NCBI GenBank assembly: GCA_031402975.1
Contig: JANNSP010000288.1
Span: 1 to 46,741 of the forward strand
Length of the DNA: 46,741 nt
Direction of reading: 5' to 3'
From: Hyphomicrobiales bacterium
Lineage (GTDB): Bacteria; Pseudomonadota; Alphaproteobacteria; Rhizobiales; Aestuariivirgaceae
Shown here: in pieces, positions 8,943 through 17,806 of the stretch
How the letters are laid out: each line of letters starts with the position of its first letter
Position numbering within the stretch: position 1 is the stretch's first letter
The notes under the pieces: model-generated
Seen by the model: the letters and a program-made list of their open reading frames with translations, nothing else
The model's database searches: none
What the model was told of the DNA's origin: nothing
Position numbers and translations under genes: made by a program

Positions 8943-10259
8943 TCAGCCCTCTTCGAGGGCTTTCTGCCAGCCATCCTGAATCTTGGCCATGGCGTCATCG
9001 ATCGAGGATTGACCAGCCCACACAAGTTCAAGCGTCTTGGCCAGGAAATTGCCGCCCGAATAGATGTTGAAGTCGGCCCCGTTGATGATCGGGAAGTCGG
9101 CGATCGCGGTGGCATAGTCCATGCCATCGACAAAGGCGCCCCTGACCTCCCAGGGCGCGCCCGCCGTCTTGTAGTCGGCGCGCGACACGATCGACTTGCG
9201 CGGGCTGGTGCCGCGGCCCCTCGTACACCACAGGAAGCTGTTGTCGGAGAGCCATTTGACCGCGTCCATGGTCGCCTGGTGGCGGGCCGGATCGGTCTGG
9301 GTGTAGAGTTCAAGGGCGCCGCGCTCGAAATAGGTGACGCGCTTCTCGCCGATCTTGGGGAAGGCGCGCGACACGAAGGGAAGCTTCTGTTCGAGATAGC
9401 CGTTGAGCGTCCATGGTCCCGTCCAGAAGATCGATCCCTGGCCAGCGCCGAAGGCCTTGTAACGGTCGGTCACGTCGCGGGTCGAGACCTTGTGCTTGTC
9501 GAACAGGTCGAGCACCCACTGCATGGCGGCCTTGCCGGCGTCCGGATTGACGGCGACGCTCTTGCCGTCGTCACTGATGCGCTGGAAGCCCATCTGCTCG
9601 GCGACGATGCCCCAGGTGACGGTTGGCTGCACGCCCGAACCCGTCATCATGATACCCGAGCGCACGACCTTGTCGCCTTCCATCCTGGTCATGGCTTTGG
9701 CCCATTCGATCAGCTTTTCACCGGTGTCGGGCCAGTCTTCGATCTTGAGGCCCGCTTCGGTCACATGGGCGGTGTTGATTTCCGGCACGATGCACATCAG
9801 GTCGAGCGGCACCTGGTAGAGGGTATCGCCGCCTTGGTTGGGGAACTTCGACTTGCTGAGCGAAAACTCGGAGAAGTCGGCGAGATCGAGGCCGGAGGTT
9901 TTCGCCAGATCGTCAAGCGGAACCAGGAGGCCGTCGCGCACGAAGGACGGGCGCGGATCGGTATTCCAGCCGAAATCGGGCGCCGCGCCGGCTGCCGCGG
10001 CAGCCAGCACCTTGGTGGTGTAGTCGTCCCAGGGGATCATTTCCATCTTGATCTGGACACCCTTGTCCTTGTGGGCCTCGTTGAAAGCCGCGATCATCTG
10101 GCCCCAGACTTCGCCATCGGACGCGGCGAGCGGACTCCAGTGGATGATCTCCGTGGCCGCCGCGGCGCGGCGGATAAACGGCATCGGAAAGCCGGCGGCG
10201 ATCGCGGTGGCGCCAGCGGTCCTGATCAGGCCGCGGCGGGTCATTCCTGTGGTAAGCAT
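8943..10259 (-). CDS. Carbohydrate ABC transporter solute-binding protein with Tat signal
   Basis: MTRRGLI twin-arginine motif and AxA cleavage site; SBP_bac_1-like segments (AFNEAH...APDF, LLVPLDDL, WTGPW); GGGAGA RBS. Confidence 0.9.
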   Translation of the reverse strand: MLTTGMTRRGLIRTAGATAIAAGFPMPFIRRAAAATEIIHWSPLAASDGEVWGQMIAAFNEAHKDKGVQIKMEMIPWDDYTTKVLAAAAAGAAPDFGWNTDPRPSFVRDGLLVPLDDLAKTSGLDLADFSEFSLSKSKFPNQGGDTLYQVPLDLMCIVPEINTAHVTEAGLKIEDWPDTGEKLIEWAKAMTRMEGDKVVRSGIMMTGSGVQPTVTWGIVAEQMGFQRISDDGKSVAVNPDAGKAAMQWVLDLFDKHKVSTRDVTDRYKAFGAGQGSIFWTGPWTLNGYLEQKLPFVSRAFPKIGEKRVTYFERGALELYTQTDPARHQATMDAVKWLSDNSFLWCTRGRGTSPRKSIVSRADYKTAGAPWEVRGAFVDGMDYATAIADFPIINGADFNIYSGGNFLAKTLELVWAGQSSIDDAMAKIQDGWQKALEEG

Positions 10260-10335
10260 GATCGGTTCTCCCTGGGACTATTGTTGACGGTTTTTTTATT
10301 GAGCTGGATGGTGGGCGCGATCGAGGGTTCGCCGC

Positions 10336-10367
10336 GTTGCCGAATCTGCCATGATCTTGACTGTTTC
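10336..10367 (-). promoter_or_regulatory. Candidate regulator-binding site upstream of the SBP-aldolase operon
   Basis: GAAACAGTCAAGATCATGGCAGATTCGGCAAC aligns with 14255-14287. A further core copy, AAACCGTCAA, lies at 10284-10293. Confidence 0.5.
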
Positions 10368-10384
10368 TGCCAAGTGAAACGCCC

Positions 10385-11191
10385 CTACCCGCGGCGCTGC
10401 GACAGGTGCCACGGAATGATGAGTTTTTCGGCCAAAGTCACCAGCCCGAAAATGGCGAGGCCGAGAATGGTCAGAAAGAAGATGCCCGCGAAGGCAAGAT
10501 CGGGGCGATTGTTGCCGGTGACGATCTGGATATAGAAGCCAAGGCCCTGGTCGCTGCCGATGAACTCGGCGATCGTGGCGCCCACCGTGGCGTTGATGGC
10601 GGCATATTTGAAACCGACGAAGCATTGCGGCAGCGCCGCCGGCAGCCGCACCTTGACGAAGGCCCGCCATGTGCCTGCCCCCGTGGTCCGGATGAAATGC
10701 TCGAGCTCGCCGCTCAGCGAACCGAAGGCCAGGATGGAATTGAGCACGATCGGAAAGAAGCACACGAGAAACACGATGATGACTTTCGGCAGCAGACCGA
10801 AGCCGAGCCAGGAAATGAACAGCGGCGCGAAAGCGATCTTGGGTGTCATTTCGAGCGACACGAAAAACGGATAGATGGTCCGCCGCAACATGGACGAGAA
10901 GGCGATGGCAAGCCCCAGCGGCACCGCGACGGCGACCGCGATGACATAGCCGATGACCGATTCGAGGCCGGTGATATAGGTATAGTACAGCAGCCGGTCG
11001 AGGTCGGCTGAGCCCTTGACCACGATCACCGAGGGCTTGGTCAGGATATAGGCCGGAATGCCGAACAGATCGATCGACAGTTCCCAGAACAGGAAGAAGC
11101 CGGCGAAGAAGGCGAAGAACGGCCAGGAGCGCAGCAGAGAGGCGATGCGGCGCCTCGGCGGGCGCCTCGGGTCAGATGACGCCGTAACCAC
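10385..11191 (-). CDS. NitT/TauT/SsuC-family ABC transporter permease
   Basis: PAYILTKPS, TPKIAFAPLF, FFPIVLN, VRLPAALP, AEFIGSDQGLG. Start uncertain; GTG 11191 chosen. Confidence 0.88.
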   Translation of the reverse strand: MVTASSDPRRPPRRRIASLLRSWPFFAFFAGFFLFWELSIDLFGIPAYILTKPSVIVVKGSADLDRLLYYTYITGLESVIGYVIAVAVAVPLGLAIAFSSMLRRTIYPFFVSLEMTPKIAFAPLFISWLGFGLLPKVIIVFLVCFFPIVLNSILAFGSLSGELEHFIRTTGAGTWRAFVKVRLPAALPQCFVGFKYAAINATVGATIAEFIGSDQGLGFYIQIVTGNNRPDLAFAGIFFLTILGLAIFGLVTLAEKLIIPWHLSQRRG

Positions 11192-11939
11192 GGAACATCT
11201 CCTGGATCTCTCCGACATGCGACTGGAAGGCCCGGCTCTGCTTTATCTTCAGATCGCGCGGCCAGGGAAGATCGATATCGATGACGCGGCCGATGGTGCC
11301 GGGCCTCGGCGTGATGACGCAGACGCGGTTCGACAGTTGCACCGCCTCCTCGATACTGTGGGTGACCAGCAGAACCGTCGGATGCGATTCCATCCACAAT
11401 AGCTGCAGGTCGTGGCGGATCGCCTCGCGGGTCATGGCGTCGAGCTTGCCCAATGGCTCGTCGAGCAGCAGAGTGCGGGGACTGTGGACGAGCGTCTGGC
11501 AAAAAGCGGCGCGCTGCTGCATGCCGCCCGACAGTTCATGCGGAAAGCGTTGCTCGAAACCGCCGAGATGCACCGATTCGATCAACCGGTCGATGCGCTG
11601 GCGGTGGCTCTTCACATCGCGGCCGCGCATTTCGAGTTGCAGTTCGATGTTGCCGCGTACCGTCCGCCACGGCACCAGGGTATTGTCCTGGAACATGATG
11701 CCGATATCGGTGCGCGGCGCCACGACAGGCTTGCCACCGGAGAAAATGGCGCCCGCCGAAGGCGCCAGGAGGCCGGCCACCATCAGCAGCAAGGTGGACT
11801 TGCCACATCCCGAGGGACCGAGGAGCGAGATGAATTCCCCCGGCCTCACCTCGATGCTGGCCGGTCCGAACGCATGGACCTGGCCGTCCGCCGTGTCGAA
11901 ATATTTGGCGACGCCTTCGATCGAGATTTCCGCGGTCAT
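11172..11939 (-). CDS. NitT/TauT-family ABC transporter ATP-binding protein
   Basis: Walker A GPSGCGKS, signature LSGGMQQR, Walker B LLLDEP, VTHSIEEAV, C-terminal IDLPWPR. Confidence 0.92.
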   Translation of the reverse strand: MTAEISIEGVAKYFDTADGQVHAFGPASIEVRPGEFISLLGPSGCGKSTLLLMVAGLLAPSAGAIFSGGKPVVAPRTDIGIMFQDNTLVPWRTVRGNIELQLEMRGRDVKSHRQRIDRLIESVHLGGFEQRFPHELSGGMQQRAAFCQTLVHSPRTLLLDEPLGKLDAMTREAIRHDLQLLWMESHPTVLLVTHSIEEAVQLSNRVCVITPRPGTIGRVIDIDLPWPRDLKIKQSRAFQSHVGEIQEMFRGYGVI

Positions 11940-11996
11940 GCCTTCCACCAACCGCCTGGACCAGCCACCTCCCGCGTCTTTATCGCGAACCGGCGC

Positions 11997-13007
11997 TTAC
12001 TTCGGCAGGAATTCGTTGGTGTAGAATGCCGTCGCCTGCTTGTCGGTCTCAAGGTCATTGTAGGTTTTCATCAGGGTCAGCATGTCGTTCCAGTCTTGCG
12101 CGACGTTGAGGCCAAGTACCTTGTCCGTATTGGCTTTGGAGTAAAGCACGCCCAGGGTGACGTCGAGAACCGAACGCGCCTGCGCCTTGCCCGCGTCCTC
12201 CGCCATCGAGCCGCCGACGATGTCGGCCATCGAGGCGATGGCCGCGTCCGGATTGGCCGCGGTTTCCGTGTAGGCCTTGACGGTCGCCGCCATGAAACGC
12301 TTCACCAGATCGGGATTGTTCTTCACCGTGTCGGCATGGGCGACGACGCAGTAGCCCACCTGGTTCACGCCGAAATCGGAATAGGGGAAGGTCACCGGCT
12401 CGGCGCCGCCGCTGGCCTTGATCTCGGCCGGCTTGTCGTCAAGTCCGCCCAGCATTCCGGCGGTTTCGCCCGCGCCCTGCAGATAGCTCGACACCAGGGC
12501 GCCATCGGGCACGTTGATGATCTTGACATCGCCTTCCACCAGTCCGGCATTCTTCAACACCAGCGGGAAGAACGTGTTCACTCCGGCATTGGCGGTGGTC
12601 AGCAGCGCCTTGCCCTTGAGATCGGCGACCGATTTCACTCCGGCGTCGGGGCGCACGATGATCGCCTCGGTTCCCATGGCGTCGATGACGCCGACCGACA
12701 CCAAGGTCGCCCCCTTGGCCGCGAGGTTGGTCATCGACGCGCAGGAGCCATAGGAGAATGTGCTGTCGCCATTGGCCACCAGACGATGGGCGGAACCCGA
12801 TCCGTTGCCCGACCGTATATCGAGATCGATGCCCTGATCCTTGTAGTAGCCTTTGTCCTTGCCGAAGGCGAAGCCCGCATGCGAGCCGTAATACATCCAG
12901 TTGAGCCGCAGGCGCACTTCGTCCTCGGCTTGCGCCGGAGTCGAGAACAATGTCGCGGGGATCGCAATCAGCGCCGCCCCGAACAGCATGCCGGTGAACG
13001 TCTTCAT
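11997..13007 (-). CDS. NMT1/THI5-like ABC transporter solute-binding protein
   Basis: Sec signal (MKTF...AQA), LRLNW...H.GF...KGYYKDQGIDL, DLKGK, NPDLVKRFMAA. AAGGAGG RBS. Confidence 0.88.
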   Translation of the reverse strand: MKTFTGMLFGAALIAIPATLFSTPAQAEDEVRLRLNWMYYGSHAGFAFGKDKGYYKDQGIDLDIRSGNGSGSAHRLVANGDSTFSYGSCASMTNLAAKGATLVSVGVIDAMGTEAIIVRPDAGVKSVADLKGKALLTTANAGVNTFFPLVLKNAGLVEGDVKIINVPDGALVSSYLQGAGETAGMLGGLDDKPAEIKASGGAEPVTFPYSDFGVNQVGYCVVAHADTVKNNPDLVKRFMAATVKAYTETAANPDAAIASMADIVGGSMAEDAGKAQARSVLDVTLGVLYSKANTDKVLGLNVAQDWNDMLTLMKTYNDLETDKQATAFYTNEFLPK

Positions 13008-13096
13008 GGGTCGCCTCCTTGTTTTGCGGTATCGCCCATTGTGGACGCGCGGGCCCAGCGGCCACTTAATCCGCAAAGACGCAAACTTGACGATTT

Positions 13097-13124
13097 GGGC
13101 CAAGAGCGCCATTGCGCTTGGCCC
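13097..13124. repeat. Inverted repeat in the divergent promoter region
   Basis: GGGCCA-AG-AGCGC-CATT-GCGCT-TGGCCC: 6-bp and 5-bp arms with a 2-nt bulge. Confidence 0.5.
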
Positions 13125-13169
13125 TTTCCTCGCGCTGTGAAATACTGCGGCGCGCAGAGGAGAACGGTG

Positions 13170-14252
13170 ATGGCCAGCGTCAGGATCGCCAGCGTGAGCA
13201 AATCCTTCGGACCGGTCGATGTCCTGAAGGATGTGAGCATCGATATCGCCGACGGCGAGTTTCTGGTGCTTGTCGGGCCCTCGGGCTGCGGCAAGTCCAC
13301 GCTTCTGCGCATCATTTCCGGGCTCGATCAGTTGAGCACCGGGGAAATCTGGATCGGCGGCGGCGATGTCACCGATCTTCCCGCCAAATCCCGCGACATC
13401 GCCATGGTCTTCCAGAGCTATGCGCTCTATCCGCACATGACGGTCGCCGAGAATATGGGATTTTCGCTCAAGCTCCGGGGCGAAGGCCGCGACGTGATCG
13501 ATGAGCGCGTGACCAAAGCGGCGGCGATCCTCGGCCTCGCGGACTATCTCAAGCGCAAGCCCGCCGAGCTGTCCGGCGGCCAGCGCCAGCGCGTCGCCAT
13601 GGGCCGCGCCATCGTGCGCGATCCCAGGGTTTTCCTGTTCGACGAGCCCTTGTCCAATCTCGACGCCAAATTGCGCGTCGCCATGCGGGCCGAAATCAAG
13701 GCGCTGCATCAACGCCTCAAGACCACCACCGTCTATGTCACCCATGATCAGGTCGAGGCGCTGACCATGGCCGACCGGATCGTCGTCCTGCGCAATGGCG
13801 TGGTCGAACAGATCGGCACGCCGCTTGAACTTTTCGACGCGCCGCTCAACACCTTCGTCGCGGAGTTTATCGGCTCCCCCGCCATGAACCTGTTTTCCGC
13901 CACCGTCCGATCGGGCGAACGCGGCAGCGAAGCGAATTTCGACATCGGCGCCAGCGTGCCGTTGGCCGCGGCGATCCCCGCGCGCGACGGCCAGCGCGTC
14001 ATCGTCGGCGTCAGGCCCGAACATTTCGCCATCGCCGAAACTGCCGGAGCCATTGCCGCCACCGTCCAAATCGTCGAGCCGCTCGGCTCGCAGATGCAGA
14101 TCGGCCTGTCGGCGGGCGAAGCACGATTCACCGCGATCTTCAATGAACGCCTGGCGGCCAGACCGGGCGGGCACCTCCACCTCGCGCCGCGCCCCGACAG
14201 CATCCATGTTTTCGACGCCATGAGCGGCAAGCGCCTCGCCGCGGCGAATTGA
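13170..14252 (+). CDS. MalK/UgpC-type carbohydrate ABC ATP-binding protein
   Basis: GPSGCGKS, VFQSYALYPHM, LSGGQRQR, DEPLSNLDAKLR, YVTHDQ, FIGSPAMN, GVRPEH (TOBE). AGAGGAG RBS. Confidence 0.93.
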   Translation: MASVRIASVSKSFGPVDVLKDVSIDIADGEFLVLVGPSGCGKSTLLRIISGLDQLSTGEIWIGGGDVTDLPAKSRDIAMVFQSYALYPHMTVAENMGFSLKLRGEGRDVIDERVTKAAAILGLADYLKRKPAELSGGQRQRVAMGRAIVRDPRVFLFDEPLSNLDAKLRVAMRAEIKALHQRLKTTTVYVTHDQVEALTMADRIVVLRNGVVEQIGTPLELFDAPLNTFVAEFIGSPAMNLFSATVRSGERGSEANFDIGASVPLAAAIPARDGQRVIVGVRPEHFAIAETAGAIAATVQIVEPLGSQMQIGLSAGEARFTAIFNERLAARPGGHLHLAPRPDSIHVFDAMSGKRLAAAN

Positions 14253-14254
14253 TC

Positions 14255-14287
14255 AAAACCGTCAAGATCGCGGCAAACCCGGTCAAC
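14255..14287 (+). promoter_or_regulatory. Candidate regulator-binding direct repeat upstream of the sialidase-like pair
   Basis: AAAACCGTCAAGATCGCGGCAAACCCGGTCAAC, with GTCAA at 14261 and 14282 (21-bp period). Confidence 0.5.
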
Positions 14288-14341
14288 CACGTTGCGTCGC
14301 TCCACGGCGATCATGCGTGACCCCAGCAACGAGGTCCGGAC

Positions 14342-15556
14342 ATGATCGTGCCCAATAACATCGAACACCATGACATCCACAGGCATCCCCAGCATTGCAT
14401 CAACCAGATCGCCATGCGGCTGCTCAGCAACGGCGAACTCTGCGCCGTGTTCAACGAGGAGCGCTACCCCTTCCATCATGACAGCGGCCAGACCCTCATC
14501 ATGCGGTCCAGCGACGGCGGCCGTACCTGGGACGAGAACAGCCTGAAAGTGGTGCTGCCGTGGAGCGACACCGAAGGCAACTGGGATTGCGGCATCTGCG
14601 AAACCTCCGACGGCACCCTCCTCGTCAATCTTACCATCACCGGCTTCTTCAAGCGTGGCATCAGGGCCGAGGGCGTATCCTGGTCAAGCCATCCGGTGAC
14701 CAAGGAGTATGGCGACTGGACCTGGGCCTTCAAGACGCAAGGCTGGCTCGGCACCTATGTGCTGCGATCAACCGACAATGGCGAAACCTGGTCGAAGCCC
14801 ATTCCGGTGAATGTAAGGCCACTCAAGCATGGCGGCTGCCGCCTCGGCTGCTGGGAACTGCCCGGCGGCTCGCTGCTGATGGGACTCTACGGCCGCATCC
14901 GCGGCTACGAGGAGGAAGGCGAGGGCGAATCGACGCGCTCGGCGCTGATGCGTTCGGACGACGGCGGATTCAACTGGGAATATTATTCGACGCTGGCCTA
15001 CGATCCGGCCAGCATCATCGATTACGAGGAACCAGCGGTGCTGCGCCTCAGGGACGGTCGCCTGGTGTGTTTCCTGCGCACTCACGTCAACCCCACCAGC
15101 GACGGCAAGAACATGGTGGTGATCTATTCCGACGATGACGGCTTCTCCTGGACGCCGCCCAAATGGACCAATATCTGGGGCTTTCCTCCCGAGGCCATCC
15201 CGCTTCTCGACGGCCGCTATCTGTGCGTCTACGGTTATCGCCGGCCGCCCTACGGCGTGCGCGGCTGCGTGTCCGAGGACGGCATCACCTGGGACCGCAA
15301 GAACGAATTCGTCATCCGCGAGGGTGGCGTGCCGGGCGGCACTGTCACCGATACTCCGGGGTCGAGCCGCATGTCGCCCGAAAGCGGCAAGACGCGGGCC
15401 GGCGGCGTCGACTGGAACCACCCCGGCATCTACCAGCATATCGGCTATCCGAGCGTGCAGCAGATGCCCGACGGCACCATCGTCGCCGCCTATCACGAAT
15501 GGAGCGAGGACGCGAAGCCGCTGCAGTATGTCCGTTGCACGCGCTTCACGCTGTAA
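14342..15556 (+). CDS. Sialidase-fold (BNR/Asp-box beta-propeller) protein 1
   Basis: Asp boxes SSDGGRTW, STDNGETW, SDDGGFNW, SDDDGFSW, SEDGITW; EEP...LR and GYP motifs; no signal peptide. Confidence 0.85.
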   Translation: MIVPNNIEHHDIHRHPQHCINQIAMRLLSNGELCAVFNEERYPFHHDSGQTLIMRSSDGGRTWDENSLKVVLPWSDTEGNWDCGICETSDGTLLVNLTITGFFKRGIRAEGVSWSSHPVTKEYGDWTWAFKTQGWLGTYVLRSTDNGETWSKPIPVNVRPLKHGGCRLGCWELPGGSLLMGLYGRIRGYEEEGEGESTRSALMRSDDGGFNWEYYSTLAYDPASIIDYEEPAVLRLRDGRLVCFLRTHVNPTSDGKNMVVIYSDDDGFSWTPPKWTNIWGFPPEAIPLLDGRYLCVYGYRRPPYGVRGCVSEDGITWDRKNEFVIREGGVPGGTVTDTPGSSRMSPESGKTRAGGVDWNHPGIYQHIGYPSVQQMPDGTIVAAYHEWSEDAKPLQYVRCTRFTL

Positions 15557-15562
15557 GCCCGA

Positions 15563-16690
15563 ATGTTAGAGGCGCGGCACGCCCGTCATGCGATCATCCA
15601 TCGCGATCCCTTTGCCTATTGCGCCCATGCGCATGCGGCTGTCGCTTCGGGTGGCACCTGGCTCGTGGTGTTCAACCGGGCGCCGCGGCGGGACTTCGTG
15701 CTGCACCCGCCGGAAGACCCGTTGTTTCACAACGTCATCACGCGGTCGGCCGACAAGGGTGAGAGTTGGAGCAGCCCGCAGGTGATGCCGGGATATGATT
15801 TCTCCGGCACCGAATGCGCCGGCCTCACGGTGCTTCGCAACGGCACGGTTCTCATCAACCAGTGGCGCTTCCAGTGGTATCCGCTGGCCTTGGCGCGCGG
15901 TCTCGCCGATCAGACCGGGCTCGACTATCCGGCCCGGTTCATGCGCGGCTGGCTGACCTCGCCCGAGCATGACGCGGCGCGCTACGCTGGCGGCGCGCCC
16001 GAGGACATGGCCCCCTGGGTGCGGGGCGGTGGTGAAACCTTCGCCCATGTCTCAAGCGACAATGGCGCCAGTTTTTCCGCCAGTGCCTTGATCGCAACGG
16101 CGCCGTTCAGCGGCGGCTATGGCATGAGAGGGGCCGCCCAGCTCGCCGATGGCACGATCATTCTGCCGCTCAGCGACGTGCCCAACTATCGCCAGGTCTT
16201 CACGGTTCGAAGCTCCGACGGCGGGCGGTCGTGGTCGGGGCCCACGCTTATCGCCGCCGGTCCCGGCCACGCTTTCGAGGAGCCCGCCATTCTCCGCGCG
16301 GCATCGGGCAAACTGCTCGTCGTCATGCGCGATAACGAGACCCGCCATCTGCACCAGACCGATTCCAGCGATGACGGCGCGACCTGGAGCGCCCCGCGGC
16401 GGCTGCCGATCGAAGGTTATCCCGCGCATCTGCTCGCGCTGGACGACGGACGGCTGCTGATGACCTATGGCTGGCGTCAACCGGATTTCGGCATTCGCGC
16501 GGTCATTTCTTCTGACCAAGGAGAAAGCTGGGATATAGCGCAAACGATCCGCATCCGCGGCGGCCTGCCCAACCGGAATCTCGGTTATCCCGCGACCATC
16601 GATGCGGGCGGGGGCTCGCTGTTCACCGTGTATTACGGCGAGGACGGCACCGGCGTCACCTGCATCATGGGCACCTGGTGGTCCCTATGA
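15563..16690 (+). CDS. Sialidase-fold (BNR/Asp-box beta-propeller) protein 2
   Basis: Asp boxes SADKGESW, SSDNGASF, SSDGGRSW, SSDDGATW, SSDQGESW; EEP...MR and GYP motifs; no signal peptide. Confidence 0.85.
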   Translation: MLEARHARHAIIHRDPFAYCAHAHAAVASGGTWLVVFNRAPRRDFVLHPPEDPLFHNVITRSADKGESWSSPQVMPGYDFSGTECAGLTVLRNGTVLINQWRFQWYPLALARGLADQTGLDYPARFMRGWLTSPEHDAARYAGGAPEDMAPWVRGGGETFAHVSSDNGASFSASALIATAPFSGGYGMRGAAQLADGTIILPLSDVPNYRQVFTVRSSDGGRSWSGPTLIAAGPGHAFEEPAILRAASGKLLVVMRDNETRHLHQTDSSDDGATWSAPRRLPIEGYPAHLLALDDGRLLMTYGWRQPDFGIRAVISSDQGESWDIAQTIRIRGGLPNRNLGYPATIDAGGGSLFTVYYGEDGTGVTCIMGTWWSL

Positions 16691-17752
16691 AATAGGCAGG
16701 GGCTGCTCCACGCCGAATTTATCCGCCCACGGACGAAGTGCCGGCAGGATGGCGGGGTGCAATCGAACCCCTTCCGCCAGCGCCCGGCGCTTGTTGGCCA
16801 GGGCCTGACCGCCGGGCAGGCGGACCGGCGCGCCGCCTGGCACCGGCGGATTGGCGCGACAGGCCTCGGCGATCCATGCGGTCTGCCGGATGAACCCTTC
16901 GGTGCCGCCAAAACACGCCGGATCCCAGACCTGAACCAGGACCGATGCGCCCCAGCCCGCCGGCCGATCGGCCCGCCCGAAACCTGAAAGTCCCTGGGTC
17001 AGGGCTTCCACGATGAGCGCCATGCCATAGCCCTTGTGGCCGTGATCCTTGCCTCCCGACGGCAGCAGGGTGCCCGGCGGATCGGCGGAGAGAATAGCCG
17101 GATCGTCGCTCGCCTCGCCTGTGGCCGTCATCGCCCATGGACCGGGAAAACGCCGGCCTTCGGCGCTGAGGCGCCCGGTCATGGCATTGGTGGTGATCGA
17201 CGAGCTCATGTCGATGAGGATCGGATCGCCTCCGGTTGGAATTCCGGCGGCGATGGGATCGGGCGTGAACACCGCCCGCAATCCGCCGAATGGCGCGACG
17301 CTCGCGGCGGCGGGATCGGAGGAGGCGATCGTCACCATCATGGCGTTCGACGTCGCCCGTTCGAGATAGGCGGCAAGACAGGCGACATGATGGCTGCGGC
17401 GGATGGCAAGCGACGCCGTGCCCAGTTCGCGGGCGCGGCCGACGCAGAGATCGACCGCCTTCGCCGTGAGCCATACCCCCGGCAGGCGCCGGCCGTCCCA
17501 GCAGATGGCGGCGCCCTTGTCGGCGATGACACTGGGTTCACCCCTCGCCGCCATTTCACCCGTGACGATTTCCTCGATATAGTCCGCCGCCAGAGCCAGG
17601 CCATGCGTGGTGTGGCCAAGGAGATCGGCCTCCAGGAGAATCCTCGCCATGACCGCGGGCTTGTCGCCATCGCAGCCGGCGCTGGCGAACAGCCTCTCGG
17701 CGTAGCCGGCAAGGTCTTCGGCAGCAAATCGTTGCAATTGGGGAGTCGTCAT
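16685..17752 (-). CDS. Ldh_2-family (malate/lactate/ureidoglycolate/ComC-like) NAD(P)H oxidoreductase
   Basis: EADLLGHTTHGL, SHH, PIAAGIP, DMSSS, GHKGYGM, PVRLPG. Start MTTPQ at 17752. Confidence 0.88.
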   Translation of the reverse strand: MTTPQLQRFAAEDLAGYAERLFASAGCDGDKPAVMARILLEADLLGHTTHGLALAADYIEEIVTGEMAARGEPSVIADKGAAICWDGRRLPGVWLTAKAVDLCVGRARELGTASLAIRRSHHVACLAAYLERATSNAMMVTIASSDPAAASVAPFGGLRAVFTPDPIAAGIPTGGDPILIDMSSSITTNAMTGRLSAEGRRFPGPWAMTATGEASDDPAILSADPPGTLLPSGGKDHGHKGYGMALIVEALTQGLSGFGRADRPAGWGASVLVQVWDPACFGGTEGFIRQTAWIAEACRANPPVPGGAPVRLPGGQALANKRRALAEGVRLHPAILPALRPWADKFGVEQPLPIS

Positions 17753-17806
17753 GAGACGGTGCGGGTTCCGGCGGGGACGGGTTTTGAACAGACTTGGAGT
17801 TGCATC

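Noticed and set aside
4340-9070. Long plus-strand ORFs (4340..6181, 6267..7145, 7019..9070) and similar ones at 9009..10535, 27609..29237 and 42778..44160
   Set aside because: Antisense shadows of well-supported genes. High-GC codon bias keeps these frames open, and they show no recognisable motifs.
11412-14252. Apparent 946-aa (plus) and 736-aa (minus) fusion ORFs
   Set aside because: Each is a real gene (malK-like from 13170; THI5-like SBP from 13007) extended by shadow frame. Both have their own RBS and start.
14342-16690. Calling the cluster a canonical sialic-acid (nan) locus
   Set aside because: No nanE, nanK or nagA in the window, the aldolase lacks the NanA GSTGE motif, and the propellers lack RIP.
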